IMG/VR virus record: IMGVR_UViG_3300033121_002012
Span: 2,069 to 66,068 of that record
Length of the DNA: 64,000 nucleotides
Reading direction: 5' to 3' (one strand)
From: a virus
Shown here piece after piece: positions 28,269 to 38,078 of this stretch (its first letter is position 1; every line of letters begins with the position of its first letter). A program made the translations under genes and the position numbers. Below the pieces are notes generated by a model. The model saw only the letters and a list, made by a program, of their open reading frames with translations, ran no database searches and was not told the DNA's origin.

Positions 28269-29147
28269 CTACTCGAACTCGCTCGGTGTTTCGTTGTTCG
28301 GATTCGTGGCGAAACCTTGATAGTTGGCCGCGTAAACCAGATCACGCGTGTTGTAAAATTTATCCTTCACGTCATCGGCAAACGCGTGGCCGCTCTGCAC
28401 AATCGTCGGCGGGAACTGACTATTGGTGACGCGGGAATTATTGCCGTGACCCGGACGATGGATGAAGACGAAGGAAAAGTCCGCCGAGGTCGGCAGATTG
28501 AAGCTGTTGTTGGGGCCGCGCAACCACGGCCCGTTGAATTGAACCTTCACTTCCCGCACATAACCGATGGCGGATATGCCCGGCAGGTCGTTGCTTATCC
28601 ACATCAAATGCAACCAGCACGTCACCGGATTGTAAATGCCGCCGGTCTTGCTGTTGCTCGCGCCGACCACTTCGTAAACTTGCTCCTGCGAGGATGCCGC
28701 CTGAAGGGCCGCATCGTTTGGCTTGCCGTTCACCGTCGTCGGCGGCGTGGCCTGTGGCGCGATCTGAAAACCACGGCTGAAAGTGCTGATCGGCAGCACG
28801 AATGAGTGTAGACGCGCAGCTAGTTGGAGCAGCGTCAAGGCTCCTTTTTTGCAATACTGCTTGTCGAAAGAATGCAGCTTGAAACTGACCGGAATCTCCA
28901 TCGGCTTGGTGCCACGGTACTGGTGAATGCCGTCGGGCATCACAATGTTGGAGTTCACCGTGTAGTCCGCCGTACGAGCGAGTTCAATGCTGTCCGGCAT
29001 CGCGGGAAAATCAATGCTGATGACGTTTTGAAAACCTCGGGTGCTGCCCTGAATGTTCTGCAACTGCCGCAGACTGGTCGTCGAGGGCATGGCCACCAGT
29101 CGCCCGCAAAGCAGGTTCTCGTCACGCCTGATGTTCTCGTCTGGCAT
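28269..29147 (-). CDS. Baseplate tube-initiator-like protein
   Basis: FPAMPDSIELARTADY...QYRGT...GYVREVKVQF...LPTSADFSFVF; follows the tape measure. Confidence 0.65.
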   Translation of the reverse strand: MPDENIRRDENLLCGRLVAMPSTTSLRQLQNIQGSTRGFQNVISIDFPAMPDSIELARTADYTVNSNIVMPDGIHQYRGTKPMEIPVSFKLHSFDKQYCKKGALTLLQLAARLHSFVLPISTFSRGFQIAPQATPPTTVNGKPNDAALQAASSQEQVYEVVGASNSKTGGIYNPVTCWLHLMWISNDLPGISAIGYVREVKVQFNGPWLRGPNNSFNLPTSADFSFVFIHRPGHGNNSRVTNSQFPPTIVQSGHAFADDVKDKFYNTRDLVYAANYQGFATNPNNETPSEFE

Positions 29148-29152
29148 AAAAG

Positions 29153-31438
29153 CTATTGGCCCAACCGACTCCAGTAATCAATGTAGAAACTAGGCTGCCA
29201 CGCCCGTAATTTAGCACGCTCCAGCACTTCTTCTTGAACTTCATCCAATTTATCCCGCGCTCGCTGGTAGATCAGGTTGCGCTGTTCTTCGTTCACTTTG
29301 AGCATTTTCGCATCCATCGCCATTTTCTCATCTTCCCGTTTCACCTGTTCCGGCGTGCGTTCTGTAAGCTTATCGAACATACCACCACTGACCACTGCTT
29401 TGGCGACATCCAGTTTGGATTCTTCCATCTGCCTAGCCAGCCATTCTCGCTGCTTGGCGGCCCGTGCGTGCGGGTTGGCTTCTTCTGCAAACATGGTCGT
29501 CGATTCCCGCGCCAAACGCTGATAGATTTTTGCCACATCATCAGCCGTGCCGTAGCGGGCAGCGGAATAGAGCGCAGCTTTTCGCTGGGCGACCAACGCT
29601 TCCTGTCTGGAAATAATAATCTTCTGGGCGGCAGCGCTTTCATCTGCCGCTCGCTTGTTAACCCGGTAAATAAGCGTCAACACGGTTGGAATAGCGGCGG
29701 CTGCGGCAGTCATCAACCCAAGCGAAATACTGAGAGATGTCAGTCCACGCGAAATCGGGATCATAACGCGCAACAACGTCGGCGTAGCATAGGTTGCCCC
29801 ACCGGCGGCAGCCGCAGCACGGGCGGCTCCGCCTGCTACCCCGCCTGCCGCTCCCGCTGCGTTGGATGCGACGGCTGCGGCGGCAGTGTTAATCAGGGTG
29901 GTGTTAAGCTTGCTCAACGCAATCATCGCCGCAGTCGTAGCGGTAACAGTTGTATACAAACTCATTGCCAATCTTACCGCCTTAAAAGTCAGCACCGCCG
30001 CACCGGCAGCGACACCGTAGGCCAGCACCGTCACCACATCGCGATACTTAAAAATCCCCTCCACCAGATCAGCCACCCAGTTAATCACTGCGCTGATCCC
30101 AGCCACAACCGGTTGAAACGCGTACTGCACCAAACCAACCAGTGAGTTGGTAATGCGTTCAATGCCCTGATTCGTGGCGTGTAGCTGATTCCGCCAGCGA
30201 TCCTGTGTAGAGATAACACCCATCTGCTGCTGGTTGGCCCGCTTGATGGCCGCCATCATCTGATTGGCCTGCGTGGCGCTGATATTGAATTGCTGCGCCA
30301 GCGCCTCCAGCCGCATCTGCCGTTCCCACCCCGCCGACTGTCCCACCAACATCTCGCCATAAGCGGCGAAACGTTTCATGACCATATCGACGCCACCCGC
30401 CGTCGCCAGAAATTCCGGGTTCACCCCCAAAGCTCCGGCTCCCGTCAAACCTTCTGACGAGGTTAGATGTTCCAACAACTGCTGGAAGGCACCGGACTGC
30501 CCGGACACTTCCTTGAGCGCACCCTCATAGCGGCCCACCAAGCGCACCACTTCCGGTAAACCTGCGGCACCCAGTCCGGGGCGTAACCGGCCCAGAGCCG
30601 TGGCGATGCTCGTTGCCAGCCGGGCCGCTTCGTCACCGGCCAGCGCGGTATCCTCCACGATCTGCGCCAGCACGTGCGATACTTTCACAAAAGACCCGTG
30701 CAATTGCCGTTCAACGATGCTGGCAAGCTGGGCGCTTTGAACCACCGCGATACCCAGTCCTTGATCCATCTGCGCCACCAGCCGGACGTTTTCTTCAAAC
30801 GAGGATTCGGTATCCATCCCGAAATGAACCAGCGCCTTGACTGCCTGTGTGGCTTTTTCAAAGCCAACCCCAAGCTGTGTCTGCATCATCAGCGTTTGCC
30901 GCAACAGGCTGCTGCGATGCTCCCACGACGAATTGGCTTCGATCAAATCCTGATTGAACTGGCGCTGCTTGATGAACAACTGCGTCGCAAGACCCACGGT
31001 AGCCGCCGTCAAGGCCAATCGAACACGGCCAAACTTTTCGTACTCCCGATTGAAGCGTAACTGGGCATCGTGCGCCTTGTGCTGCTTATCCAGAATATCC
31101 AAGAGGCTCCGGGCTTCGGCGGTGTTGTACTTCCCGGCCATTTTAAGTTCCTGCAAGCTTCTTTCGATGCTACGGGTGGTGCCGAGGTAGCGCTCCGTCA
31201 ACGTGTTCTGCGTCATGCTCTCCACACTGATGGCCTGCTTGGCAGCTTTCATCAGATTGGTTCGATCCAGAATGCCTTCCACCGCTTTTTTAGCCGCGTC
31301 CATCCCACCCAGTGCCAACAGCATGTTTTTGAAGGAGACGGTCATGCCTTCGGCGGATTTCTGGGAATTCGCCATGTGCTCGGCCATCCGGTGCGTCTGG
31401 TCAACCACCGGTTCAAGTCCTGTATCCGTACCTGCCAT
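29153..31438 (-). CDS. Tape measure protein
   Basis: 761 aa, helical Ala/Leu/Gln-rich with hydrophobic segments; upstream of the tube initiator. Confidence 0.75.
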   Translation of the reverse strand: MAGTDTGLEPVVDQTHRMAEHMANSQKSAEGMTVSFKNMLLALGGMDAAKKAVEGILDRTNLMKAAKQAISVESMTQNTLTERYLGTTRSIERSLQELKMAGKYNTAEARSLLDILDKQHKAHDAQLRFNREYEKFGRVRLALTAATVGLATQLFIKQRQFNQDLIEANSSWEHRSSLLRQTLMMQTQLGVGFEKATQAVKALVHFGMDTESSFEENVRLVAQMDQGLGIAVVQSAQLASIVERQLHGSFVKVSHVLAQIVEDTALAGDEAARLATSIATALGRLRPGLGAAGLPEVVRLVGRYEGALKEVSGQSGAFQQLLEHLTSSEGLTGAGALGVNPEFLATAGGVDMVMKRFAAYGEMLVGQSAGWERQMRLEALAQQFNISATQANQMMAAIKRANQQQMGVISTQDRWRNQLHATNQGIERITNSLVGLVQYAFQPVVAGISAVINWVADLVEGIFKYRDVVTVLAYGVAAGAAVLTFKAVRLAMSLYTTVTATTAAMIALSKLNTTLINTAAAAVASNAAGAAGGVAGGAARAAAAAGGATYATPTLLRVMIPISRGLTSLSISLGLMTAAAAAIPTVLTLIYRVNKRAADESAAAQKIIISRQEALVAQRKAALYSAARYGTADDVAKIYQRLARESTTMFAEEANPHARAAKQREWLARQMEESKLDVAKAVVSGGMFDKLTERTPEQVKREDEKMAMDAKMLKVNEEQRNLIYQRARDKLDEVQEEVLERAKLRAWQPSFYIDYWSRLGQ

Positions 31439-31449
31439 AAATTTTGATG

Positions 31450-31477
31450 TTGACTGCTAACAGAGTTGGTATACGAT
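31450..31477 (+). promoter_or_regulatory. Sigma70-like early promoter
   Basis: TTGACT-16nt-TACGAT, 6 nt before ATG 31484. Confidence 0.5.
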
Positions 31478-31483
31478 CACCGT

Positions 31484-31705
31484 ATGATTATCGTATTCAT
31501 CATTATTGGCCTGTGCTACCTTCAGAGTCTCGCCATGTCCGGCTCCACCAGCCAAAACGCTCTTGACCGCATGTCGCTGGACGAATTGAACGCATACTAC
31601 GCCCGCAGGGATAACATCGCCCGTGTCATCTTTGGCCTTGTCGAAATCTTCATCATCGCCTGTGCGCTTGGCGGCGCGTATTTGAGTCTGTTCGTGTTCA
31701 ATTAA
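31484..31705 (+). CDS. Small two-TM membrane protein
   Basis: Hydrophobic N- and C-terminal segments. Confidence 0.5.
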   Translation: MIIVFIIIGLCYLQSLAMSGSTSQNALDRMSLDELNAYYARRDNIARVIFGLVEIFIIACALGGAYLSLFVFN

Positions 31706-32105
31706 GCAGTCGCGCCACGATCTCCGCCACCGACCGCGAATCCTTGATCGCGCTGGGCACCTTGCCGACGGCATCCTTGCTCTGCATCGCGCTGCCGGGT
31801 TTCTCGCCCGCCAGTTCCGCCCGCAGCTTGGCCGACGTGCGCCACTTCTCGTCAGTGCCGCCCGTGGTCTTGAACGCCTCCCGGCTGGTCATCCGGGCAA
31901 ACTTCAGCCCGGTCTTGCCCAAACCCAAGGTTGGCGCATCATCCCGGCCTTCCGTGAGATGTTCACGCTCAAACATGGCGCGGGCGGTCAGCCCCTCCAC
32001 CTTGGCCGGAAGTTCGCCTTTGTTGTCGAAATGGTGTTTCTTCACCCACTTATGACCAAATCGGGCATTCAGAAACCCACGTTGTGCCTGTGATTTTGCT
32101 GGCAT
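31698..32105 (-). CDS. Putative head-associated protein (MPAKS-xAQ N-terminus)
   Basis: MPAKSQAQR...LPAKV; GTAGTTA and GGAGG upstream. Confidence 0.6.
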   Translation of the reverse strand: MPAKSQAQRGFLNARFGHKWVKKHHFDNKGELPAKVEGLTARAMFEREHLTEGRDDAPTLGLGKTGLKFARMTSREAFKTTGGTDEKWRTSAKLRAELAGEKPGSAMQSKDAVGKVPSAIKDSRSVAEIVARLLN

Positions 32106-32139
32106 ACCTCCCTAACTACCCTTTCTGTCGGAACCGGGA

Positions 32140-32190
32140 TTGAAAATAATTAAAGATTCGAGTTGACAGCTAGCGTAACTCGTATACAGT
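32140..32190 (+). promoter_or_regulatory. Sigma70-like early promoter with UP element
   Basis: TTGACA (32163)-16nt-TACAGT (32185); AT-rich upstream. Confidence 0.65.
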
Positions 32191-32237
32191 GACCTTAGTT
32201 CTGAGATACATGAACCCCTCGGGACTGAACAAAACAA

Positions 32238-33041
32238 ATGAAAAACGCAAATCTGATCCTCCACTGCGGCGCAGCCAGTGTCGCCCGCGAAGCCATTCAA
32301 ACCGTCCACACCCCGGAACATACCGATACTTGGTACCCCATTCCCCACATCGACTTCATCACGCAGGTTGAAACCGCGCTGACCGCCGCCAACATGCGCG
32401 TCGTGGAACAAGCCCACAGTCTCACCAAGGAAGGCGACCGCTATTTCGGCCTGTTCCAAGTTTCCAACTGCCAGAGCACCGGCGAAGATTACTCCTACGT
32501 GCTCGGCCTGCGGAACTCCCACGACAAGTCCTTCCCCGCCGGGCTGGTGGTTGGCTCCCAAGTTTTCGTCTGCGACAACCTCGCCTTTTCCGGTGAAATC
32601 CGCATCGCCCGCAAGCACACCAAGTTCATCGTCGATGACCTCCCCAAGCTGACCAGCAACGCCGTCGGAATGCTGGCCGAGAAGTGGACGCTCATGAGCG
32701 ACCGCATCGCCCGCTACAAGACAACCGAAATCAGCGACCGGGACGCCCACGACTTCGTGGTGCGCTCACTGGACGTGGGGGCGACGACCTTGCAGCAGGT
32801 TCCGGCGATCATCAAGGAATGGCGCACACCCCGGCACCCGGAATTCGCGCAGGCCAAGACCGCATGGCGCTTGTTCAACGCCTTCACGGAGATCGGCAAG
32901 GAAACGAGCCTGACCATGCTGCCAAAGCGCACCATCTCGCTGCACGGCCTGATGGACGCGCAGGTCGGCTTCGCCTACCGGTCGGAAAAAGACCTCACCA
33001 CTGGCACCACGGACGCGGAAGCCGCCGTGGCCAACAACTGA
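32238..33041 (+). CDS. DUF932-family protein
   Basis: LGLRNSHDKS...VFVCDNLAF...RKHT...TAWRLFNAFTE. Confidence 0.8.
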   Translation: MKNANLILHCGAASVAREAIQTVHTPEHTDTWYPIPHIDFITQVETALTAANMRVVEQAHSLTKEGDRYFGLFQVSNCQSTGEDYSYVLGLRNSHDKSFPAGLVVGSQVFVCDNLAFSGEIRIARKHTKFIVDDLPKLTSNAVGMLAEKWTLMSDRIARYKTTEISDRDAHDFVVRSLDVGATTLQQVPAIIKEWRTPRHPEFAQAKTAWRLFNAFTEIGKETSLTMLPKRTISLHGLMDAQVGFAYRSEKDLTTGTTDAEAAVANN

Positions 33042-33072
33042 ACTTCATGGCGAACTAGGTAATCGCCGGAAG

Positions 33073-33116
33073 GTTGGGGCTGGCTGCCGCAGGGCACCAG
33101 CCCCAACACATTTTTC
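33073..33116 (+). terminator. Rho-independent terminator
   Basis: GTTGGGGCTGG...CCAGCCCCAAC followed by a T-run. Confidence 0.65.
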
Positions 33117-33149
33117 CCAAAACAGATCGAGTTCTTAGCCTACGCAGGT

Positions 33150-33353
33150 ATGGCTGATGAAACACCAAAACCGAAGCCGACCAAGATCACTCAGGTCAGC
33201 TTCGGCCTTACTGTAAACACTGGAAACTACGAAACCGTCAGGTTCGACCTGACGGCTCAAGTAGCGCCGGACGAGGACTGGCGCGATGTGCTGGATTCAC
33301 TCCGGCGCAAATCGCGCAAGCTCAAGGAGTCGATCCAGAACGAAGGCAGTTAG
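33150..33353 (+). CDS. Small hypothetical protein
   Basis: TVNTGNYETVRFD; GTTCT upstream. Confidence 0.6.
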   Translation: MADETPKPKPTKITQVSFGLTVNTGNYETVRFDLTAQVAPDEDWRDVLDSLRRKSRKLKESIQNEGS

Positions 33354-33583
33354 GTGCCGTTGTAGCTGCGCGGTGCGCCTGCCACGTGAGGGCCGGTATT
33401 GTTGCGGGGTACGCCCGCTGCACTGAAGCCCGCCCGCAGTTCGGCTGCGCCTTCGGTGCTGTCGGCATTCAACCCGGTGGTGCCTGCGCCTTGCAGGACG
33501 CTCTGGTTGGAAACGCGACCGCAGCCAGCGGCATTCGGCCCGTGGTCAAACCGGGCATTTGGATTGTTGTTGATTGCTGCCAT
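33350..33583 (-). CDS. Small Gly/Asn-rich putative virion protein
   Basis: GTAGTTA and GGAG upstream. Confidence 0.55.
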   Translation of the reverse strand: MAAINNNPNARFDHGPNAAGCGRVSNQSVLQGAGTTGLNADSTEGAAELRAGFSAAGVPRNNTGPHVAGAPRSYNGT

Positions 33584-33613
33584 AATGTTTCTCCGATTTA
33601 TCGGTTACTCTAA

Positions 33614-33880
33614 CTACGAGGGCTGGTGCGAGTTTACTCCATACTCGGGGCCGATGCTTCCGGTGATGATAACCTCCACGGCCACCACTTCGGGATACTT
33701 GGTCGGAGGGATCGCTCCAGCGGCGTGCGGCCCCATCGACGGAATCGACACCACCGGGTTGTTTGTGCCTTGACTCACGCTGGTCGCCGTGAAGTTGTAC
33801 AGGTCACGGCCATAGCGCTCCTGTGTGCGCACCGTGGGGAGCGCGGGCCGGGCCATCGGCCAAGGAGTTGGTTCAGCCAT
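33614..33880 (-). CDS. Small putative virion protein, paralog of 33873..34217
   Basis: MAEPTPW...IITGSIGPEYGVNS. Confidence 0.55.
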   Translation of the reverse strand: MAEPTPWPMARPALPTVRTQERYGRDLYNFTATSVSQGTNNPVVSIPSMGPHAAGAIPPTKYPEVVAVEVIITGSIGPEYGVNSHQPS

Positions 33881-34217
33881 TGTTCGCGTAAGCGCCACCG
33901 CCCTGAGCGCCAGTGTTGCAGACTCCGCAGCCACAGCCGCCAGAGCCTCCCGATCCACCTGATCCACCACTACCGCCGGAGCCTGATCCACCGTTGCCGC
34001 CAGAACCTCCACCACCAGCGTCAACCGGAGCGCCAGAATTCACTCCATAGACGCCGTACGTGGCCGCTGTGTGCGATCCAGTCTCAATGATCTCGTACTG
34101 CGGCGCGTAAGGCCACGGCGTCGTGCCGTGGCTGAAGATCGCTCGAACCGGCGGCTCCGGTGTAGACGGAATTCGCTGTCCGGCGGACGCTAATTGCCAA
34201 GGTGTCGGTGAGGCCAC
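33873..34217 (-). CDS. Small putative virion protein with Gly-Ser repeat tail
   Basis: MASPTPW...IIETGS...YGVNS...(GGS)n-GCGCGVC; GTAATTA upstream. Confidence 0.55.
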   Translation of the reverse strand: MASPTPWQLASAGQRIPSTPEPPVRAIFSHGTTPWPYAPQYEIIETGSHTAATYGVYGVNSGAPVDAGGGGSGGNGGSGSGGSGGSGGSGGSGGCGCGVCNTGAQGGGAYANNG

Positions 34218-34265
34218 ACCTTAATTACCGCTAGTGTCAGATGCGTTTTTGTGGTTCTATTTTGT

Positions 34266-34625
34266 ATGAAATTTAATCGACGTAGCTTCCTTTCAGTCTT
34301 GGGACTTTCAACAGTGGGTGCGACTGTCGGCGCACCCACGCTCAAAGAAACACCACCACCAAAAGCACCACAGGTAAAATCCAATTGTGCTTACGTGACA
34401 ACCGTTGTGGGGCACGACTGGCACGAGATCACACACTGCCTCAATAAGCCGTTGATTTGCGCTGTAGCAGGTGATCGCCAAGGCCGCGTCATTCGCGCTG
34501 AACTTGAGCCTTTGAGTTTGAGTGCTTGCCGCCTTCGCGTCCCAGCACCAACCCGTGCTTTTAGCTGGATGCGCCGAAAAGCACGTCAAAGCTACAGTGT
34601 CGTTATTTACGTACCTCAAGAATGA
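34266..34625 (+). CDS. Protein with twin-arginine (Tat)-like signal
   Basis: MKFNRRSFLSVLGLSTVGATVGA; GTTCT upstream. Confidence 0.55.
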   Translation: MKFNRRSFLSVLGLSTVGATVGAPTLKETPPPKAPQVKSNCAYVTTVVGHDWHEITHCLNKPLICAVAGDRQGRVIRAELEPLSLSACRLRVPAPTRAFSWMRRKARQSYSVVIYVPQE

Positions 34626-34840
34626 CATGCTCATGCGGCAAATCAGTCGAAGCTGAACGCGCTGCTCTGGGGTTGACGCGCTGTATACAGTGCGCTAAAA
34701 CAGCACCAGAAACCGAACGCAAAGGGTTGATGATTTACACAGGTAAAAGCGACAGTGAACTTTGTCTCCTAACACCACGTCAACTTAAAACCATTTCCAA
34801 AAAATCTGGAAAGGGGCTGAGCGGTCGGTGTCCGTGTTGA
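34622..34840 (+). CDS. TraR/DksA-type C4 zinc-finger protein
   Basis: CSCGKSVEAERAALGLTRCIQCA. Confidence 0.65.
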   Translation: MTCSCGKSVEAERAALGLTRCIQCAKTAPETERKGLMIYTGKSDSELCLLTPRQLKTISKKSGKGLSGRCPC

Positions 34841-34843
34841 TAT

Positions 34844-35236
34844 ATGAGCATGAACGTTAGGCTACACCCGTGTAGTGAGCATCATCCCAAGTCCTGCTAT
34901 CATGCTGAAACCGTTTTCGAGTTGGATAGCTGGTGTCAAGTGCTCAGTCAGATTACAGCCGCAGCAAAACCAATCAACCTGCCGGTAGCTGTTCACTGGA
35001 CAGCAGGATACCATGAATTACGAGGCATACCCGGAAAAGAAACGCCCGCCGAACTTGGCGTAGCTCACGGTGATTTTGACCCTGATTGCACATGGCTGGT
35101 AGAGGCGGCAGCGCTTAAATGTTTACAATTTCACGGTGATAGCTGGCACCCCGACAGAAGAATTCGATCAAAAGCGATTTCAGCTTACCTCCGTGAACTG
35201 CCTGATGAATGGCCGGTGATCGTGCATTACACGTGA
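34844..35236 (+). CDS. Hypothetical protein
   Basis: Operonic ORF in a lower-GC block. Confidence 0.5.
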   Translation: MSMNVRLHPCSEHHPKSCYHAETVFELDSWCQVLSQITAAAKPINLPVAVHWTAGYHELRGIPGKETPAELGVAHGDFDPDCTWLVEAAALKCLQFHGDSWHPDRRIRSKAISAYLRELPDEWPVIVHYT

Positions 35237-35384
35237 AAACAAAATGCACCGAACGAGATGTTTACTTCAAGCCGCCAAAAGGTCTGCTGTATCGCATGTC
35301 GGCGTCCTGCTTCAAACGGCGAAAGACCCGCCTCAGATCAATGAAACGAAGCCGGGCTGTTCTGCGAAGACTCGGATATGACTT

Positions 35385-35693
35385 CTAACCGCGCAGGGCT
35401 TCAATCCACTGCGATTTTATCATTGGATTGACTTCCAGTGCCAATCGCAACCGCTCCATGACCTCGGCGTCTGAGATTGCCGGGCTTATTACTTCAGCCT
35501 CCAGCACGTCAAGGTCATCCGGCTCAAACAGGCAGAGTAAACTCCTTTCGAGGCTGTAATCAACATCCGCAATGAAACCGGATAGTGTATCCGAATCGTT
35601 GTTCTTAAAAACGAACTGACCGGGGCGCGGGAAATCGCTTTGTCCTCTTGGATATTCCAGCCACGGCACCCAGTAAAGCTGCATCATGGGCAT
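35385..35693 (-). CDS. Hypothetical protein
   Basis: ORF just downstream of the GIY-YIG gene. Confidence 0.5.
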   Translation of the reverse strand: MPMMQLYWVPWLEYPRGQSDFPRPGQFVFKNNDSDTLSGFIADVDYSLERSLLCLFEPDDLDVLEAEVISPAISDAEVMERLRLALEVNPMIKSQWIEALRG

Positions 35694-35696
35694 AAG

Positions 35697-36485
35697 CTAG
35701 TTTTCTCCAATCCACTTAGAGCGCACTGCCCACGCGATACGCACAGACTCAGAAATCTTGTCACGATGAGCCTTGGTCAGCGTTCCACCAAGTTTAGCTT
35801 CTCGCTGTTTACGGCGCGTCGCCTGCGACGCAGTTCGTCCAGCACCGACACCTAATTTTCGCTTCGGCATGTGAGCACTGGCTTCGTCAAACCAGCCTTC
35901 ACGTTTGGCAATCCGGTAAGACACTTGTGAACCATCAATCCACTCCTGTCTGGTCTGGTATTTGAGAGCTTCGGCGATAACAGCTTCACGAGTCCATTTT
36001 CGACCGCGCACTGTACCGGTGCAACCTCCAGTATTTTTGTTGAGCAGCGTCCAACCCTCAGATTGGTAATGTGCAATCCAACGTTTTTCGGCCTCTGGTG
36101 CAGCTTGTCGTGTCAGTTTTGATTCTAGCGTCTTCCGAGTAAATTGATCGCAAATCTTACGATGCTCAGCTACCGGCCCGCGCACCTTGTGCATGAAAGC
36201 TCGCGCAGTAGGCAGGAAGGTCAGCCCGATGTAAACATGTTTGTCTCCAAACTCGTAGACGTAGATTTCGTAGTTGGCACCGTAAGGACTAGCCATTGGC
36301 TCCATGTGGGCGCAACAAATTTCGAGAATACCGCGCCGCCAAGCAGCGTCATAGCGCTTTCGATCTCCATGCTTCCATTCTGAACGATGCTTAAAGATTG
36401 AAGCTGATTGCTTCAATTCTTCATCAGAAAATTTCCAACGCGCTTTCGTAGGATATTTGTTACCAACTTTAGTAGTGTATGACAT
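35697..36485 (-). mobile_element. GIY-YIG homing endonuclease with NUMOD3-like repeats
   Basis: YEIYVYEF...VYIGLT...R...AEKRWI...LLN; SQATRRKQREAKLG / HRDKISES; low GC; own TTGACA promoter at 36516-36521. Confidence 0.85.
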
Positions 36486-36520
36486 ACATATTAGTATTAA
36501 CATACAACCTAAGTATGTCA

Positions 36521-36553
36521 AAATAAAAACCCGCCCATTTCTGAGCGGGTCTT
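36521..36553 (-). terminator. Rho-independent terminator after the major capsid gene
   Basis: Minus strand ACCCGCTCA-GAAA-TGGGCGGGT-TTTTATTT. Confidence 0.85.
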
Positions 36554-36572
36554 GAAACCAATTTCTCGCGTT

Positions 36573-38036
36573 TTAACCGATGGTTTGTCCGAACGCCGTT
36601 GGACTGTTCTGAACTAACCCGCGACAATACATCTTCGAGTTGACCATCTTCCGGGCGAAGCTGGTCGCAAACCCGCGCTGGTGGATGAAGTCAGGCAGGA
36701 CGACATCGGGCGTGGTGTACAACTTCTGGTACTCCGCGAGCACGTAGCCGGTCGTGAGGAATTGATCGCCCTTGTGGCCGACCAAGAACTCGTTCGTCGG
36801 ATAGTGCGGGTCAGCGAAGACCTTCTTGTTGCCGAGATCGCCGATGTAGGTGATGCCCTGCATCTGCACGCGGTTGTTCTTGGGCACGAACTGGGGCAGC
36901 GTCGCAACAACGGTCGCCGCTTGGAGGCCAAGCAGGAGCCAGTTGCCCGCAACCATGTTCGTCGCACCGAAGATGAAGTTCGAGGCTGTCTCGAACGCGT
37001 CGATGATGGAGAACTTGTGGGTCTGGTAGTTCACGCTCGCGGGAGCGATGGCATCCCAGACAACGAAGCCCGCGTCCGCCTTGGCCCGCAGGTCGAAGAT
37101 CACCTGACGGTGCTTCTGATACTGGAGGGCGTTGGTGAGCGCGTTGAGCAGAACCGATTCGGCCTTGATGTTGTACATCGCCTGAAGGTTCTGATCGGCT
37201 TCTTCCGACCACAGCGTCTTCAACTTCATGACCTTCGCGGTCACGGGCGTCGAGGACAGCTTCATCTCGTAGTCCTGAATGGCGAGGTTGCCTTCAGAAT
37301 TGTACGCGTAGGTGACGGTGTAATCCGTCGCCGCTGCCGCCGCGATGGTCACGGTGCCCGCGCCAGTGCCTTGGTAGACGATGGTGCCGATGGCCGCGTT
37401 GGTCGCAACGTTGATGATCTGGCCGTTGCCGTCATCCGCGAAGTTCGTCACACCGTACGAACCCGAGACAGTGCCCGGACGAATCGGACTCCATTCCAGC
37501 ACGATCACGCCACCGCCGGAAGCGGTGCCGGTTTCGTCCTGAACGACTTCATCACCGTCGTCGTCGCGGTCAACCGCGCCCTGCAAGGCACGCCACATCG
37601 GCGAGCCAGCGGGGGTGCGGCCTTTGCGGCGACCGGTCACGATGTCCATGTAAACGATCTGTGACACGGGGCCAGCCATCGGTTGCAGAGCAACCAACTG
37701 GTCGATCACGTCGTTTTCGGACATGTTGGCGATGATGGGGAAAATCCACTTGTCGAACGTTCCCAGCGACGTGGTGCGCGTCACTTCATCGAGGCGGCCA
37801 AAGCGGCTGCGGCAGTTCTCCAGCATGATTGCTGCGACTGCCCGCTTGTGCTCGGGCATGTGTTGGACGAATTCCTTCCAGCCACGGGCTTCCCAAAGCC
37901 CCTTGGAGTTTTTCTCAGGAATGCCCAATGATGTTTCAGCGAGGCGATAGCCCCACTCCAGAACGTCCATGAAACGGGAAATGTGCCCGCCATCAGACGC
38001 CAGTACCGGTCTTCCACTTTCAGTCAGGATTACCAT
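36573..38036 (-). CDS. Major capsid protein (T4 gp23-like)
   Basis: VALQPMAGPVSQIVY, PVTAKVMKLKTLWSEEADQNLQAMYNI; highly biased codon usage. Confidence 0.93.
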   Translation of the reverse strand: MVILTESGRPVLASDGGHISRFMDVLEWGYRLAETSLGIPEKNSKGLWEARGWKEFVQHMPEHKRAVAAIMLENCRSRFGRLDEVTRTTSLGTFDKWIFPIIANMSENDVIDQLVALQPMAGPVSQIVYMDIVTGRRKGRTPAGSPMWRALQGAVDRDDDGDEVVQDETGTASGGGVIVLEWSPIRPGTVSGSYGVTNFADDGNGQIINVATNAAIGTIVYQGTGAGTVTIAAAAATDYTVTYAYNSEGNLAIQDYEMKLSSTPVTAKVMKLKTLWSEEADQNLQAMYNIKAESVLLNALTNALQYQKHRQVIFDLRAKADAGFVVWDAIAPASVNYQTHKFSIIDAFETASNFIFGATNMVAGNWLLLGLQAATVVATLPQFVPKNNRVQMQGITYIGDLGNKKVFADPHYPTNEFLVGHKGDQFLTTGYVLAEYQKLYTTPDVVLPDFIHQRGFATSFARKMVNSKMYCRGLVQNSPTAFGQTIG

Positions 38037-38078
38037 AACAGTGTTTCGTTGTTGTGTTGTTTGCGGTTGATGGCTTGT

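Noticed and set aside
10076-31438. Tailocin or extracellular contractile injection system
   Set aside because: Capsid, prohead protease, neck and replication genes are present, so this is a phage.
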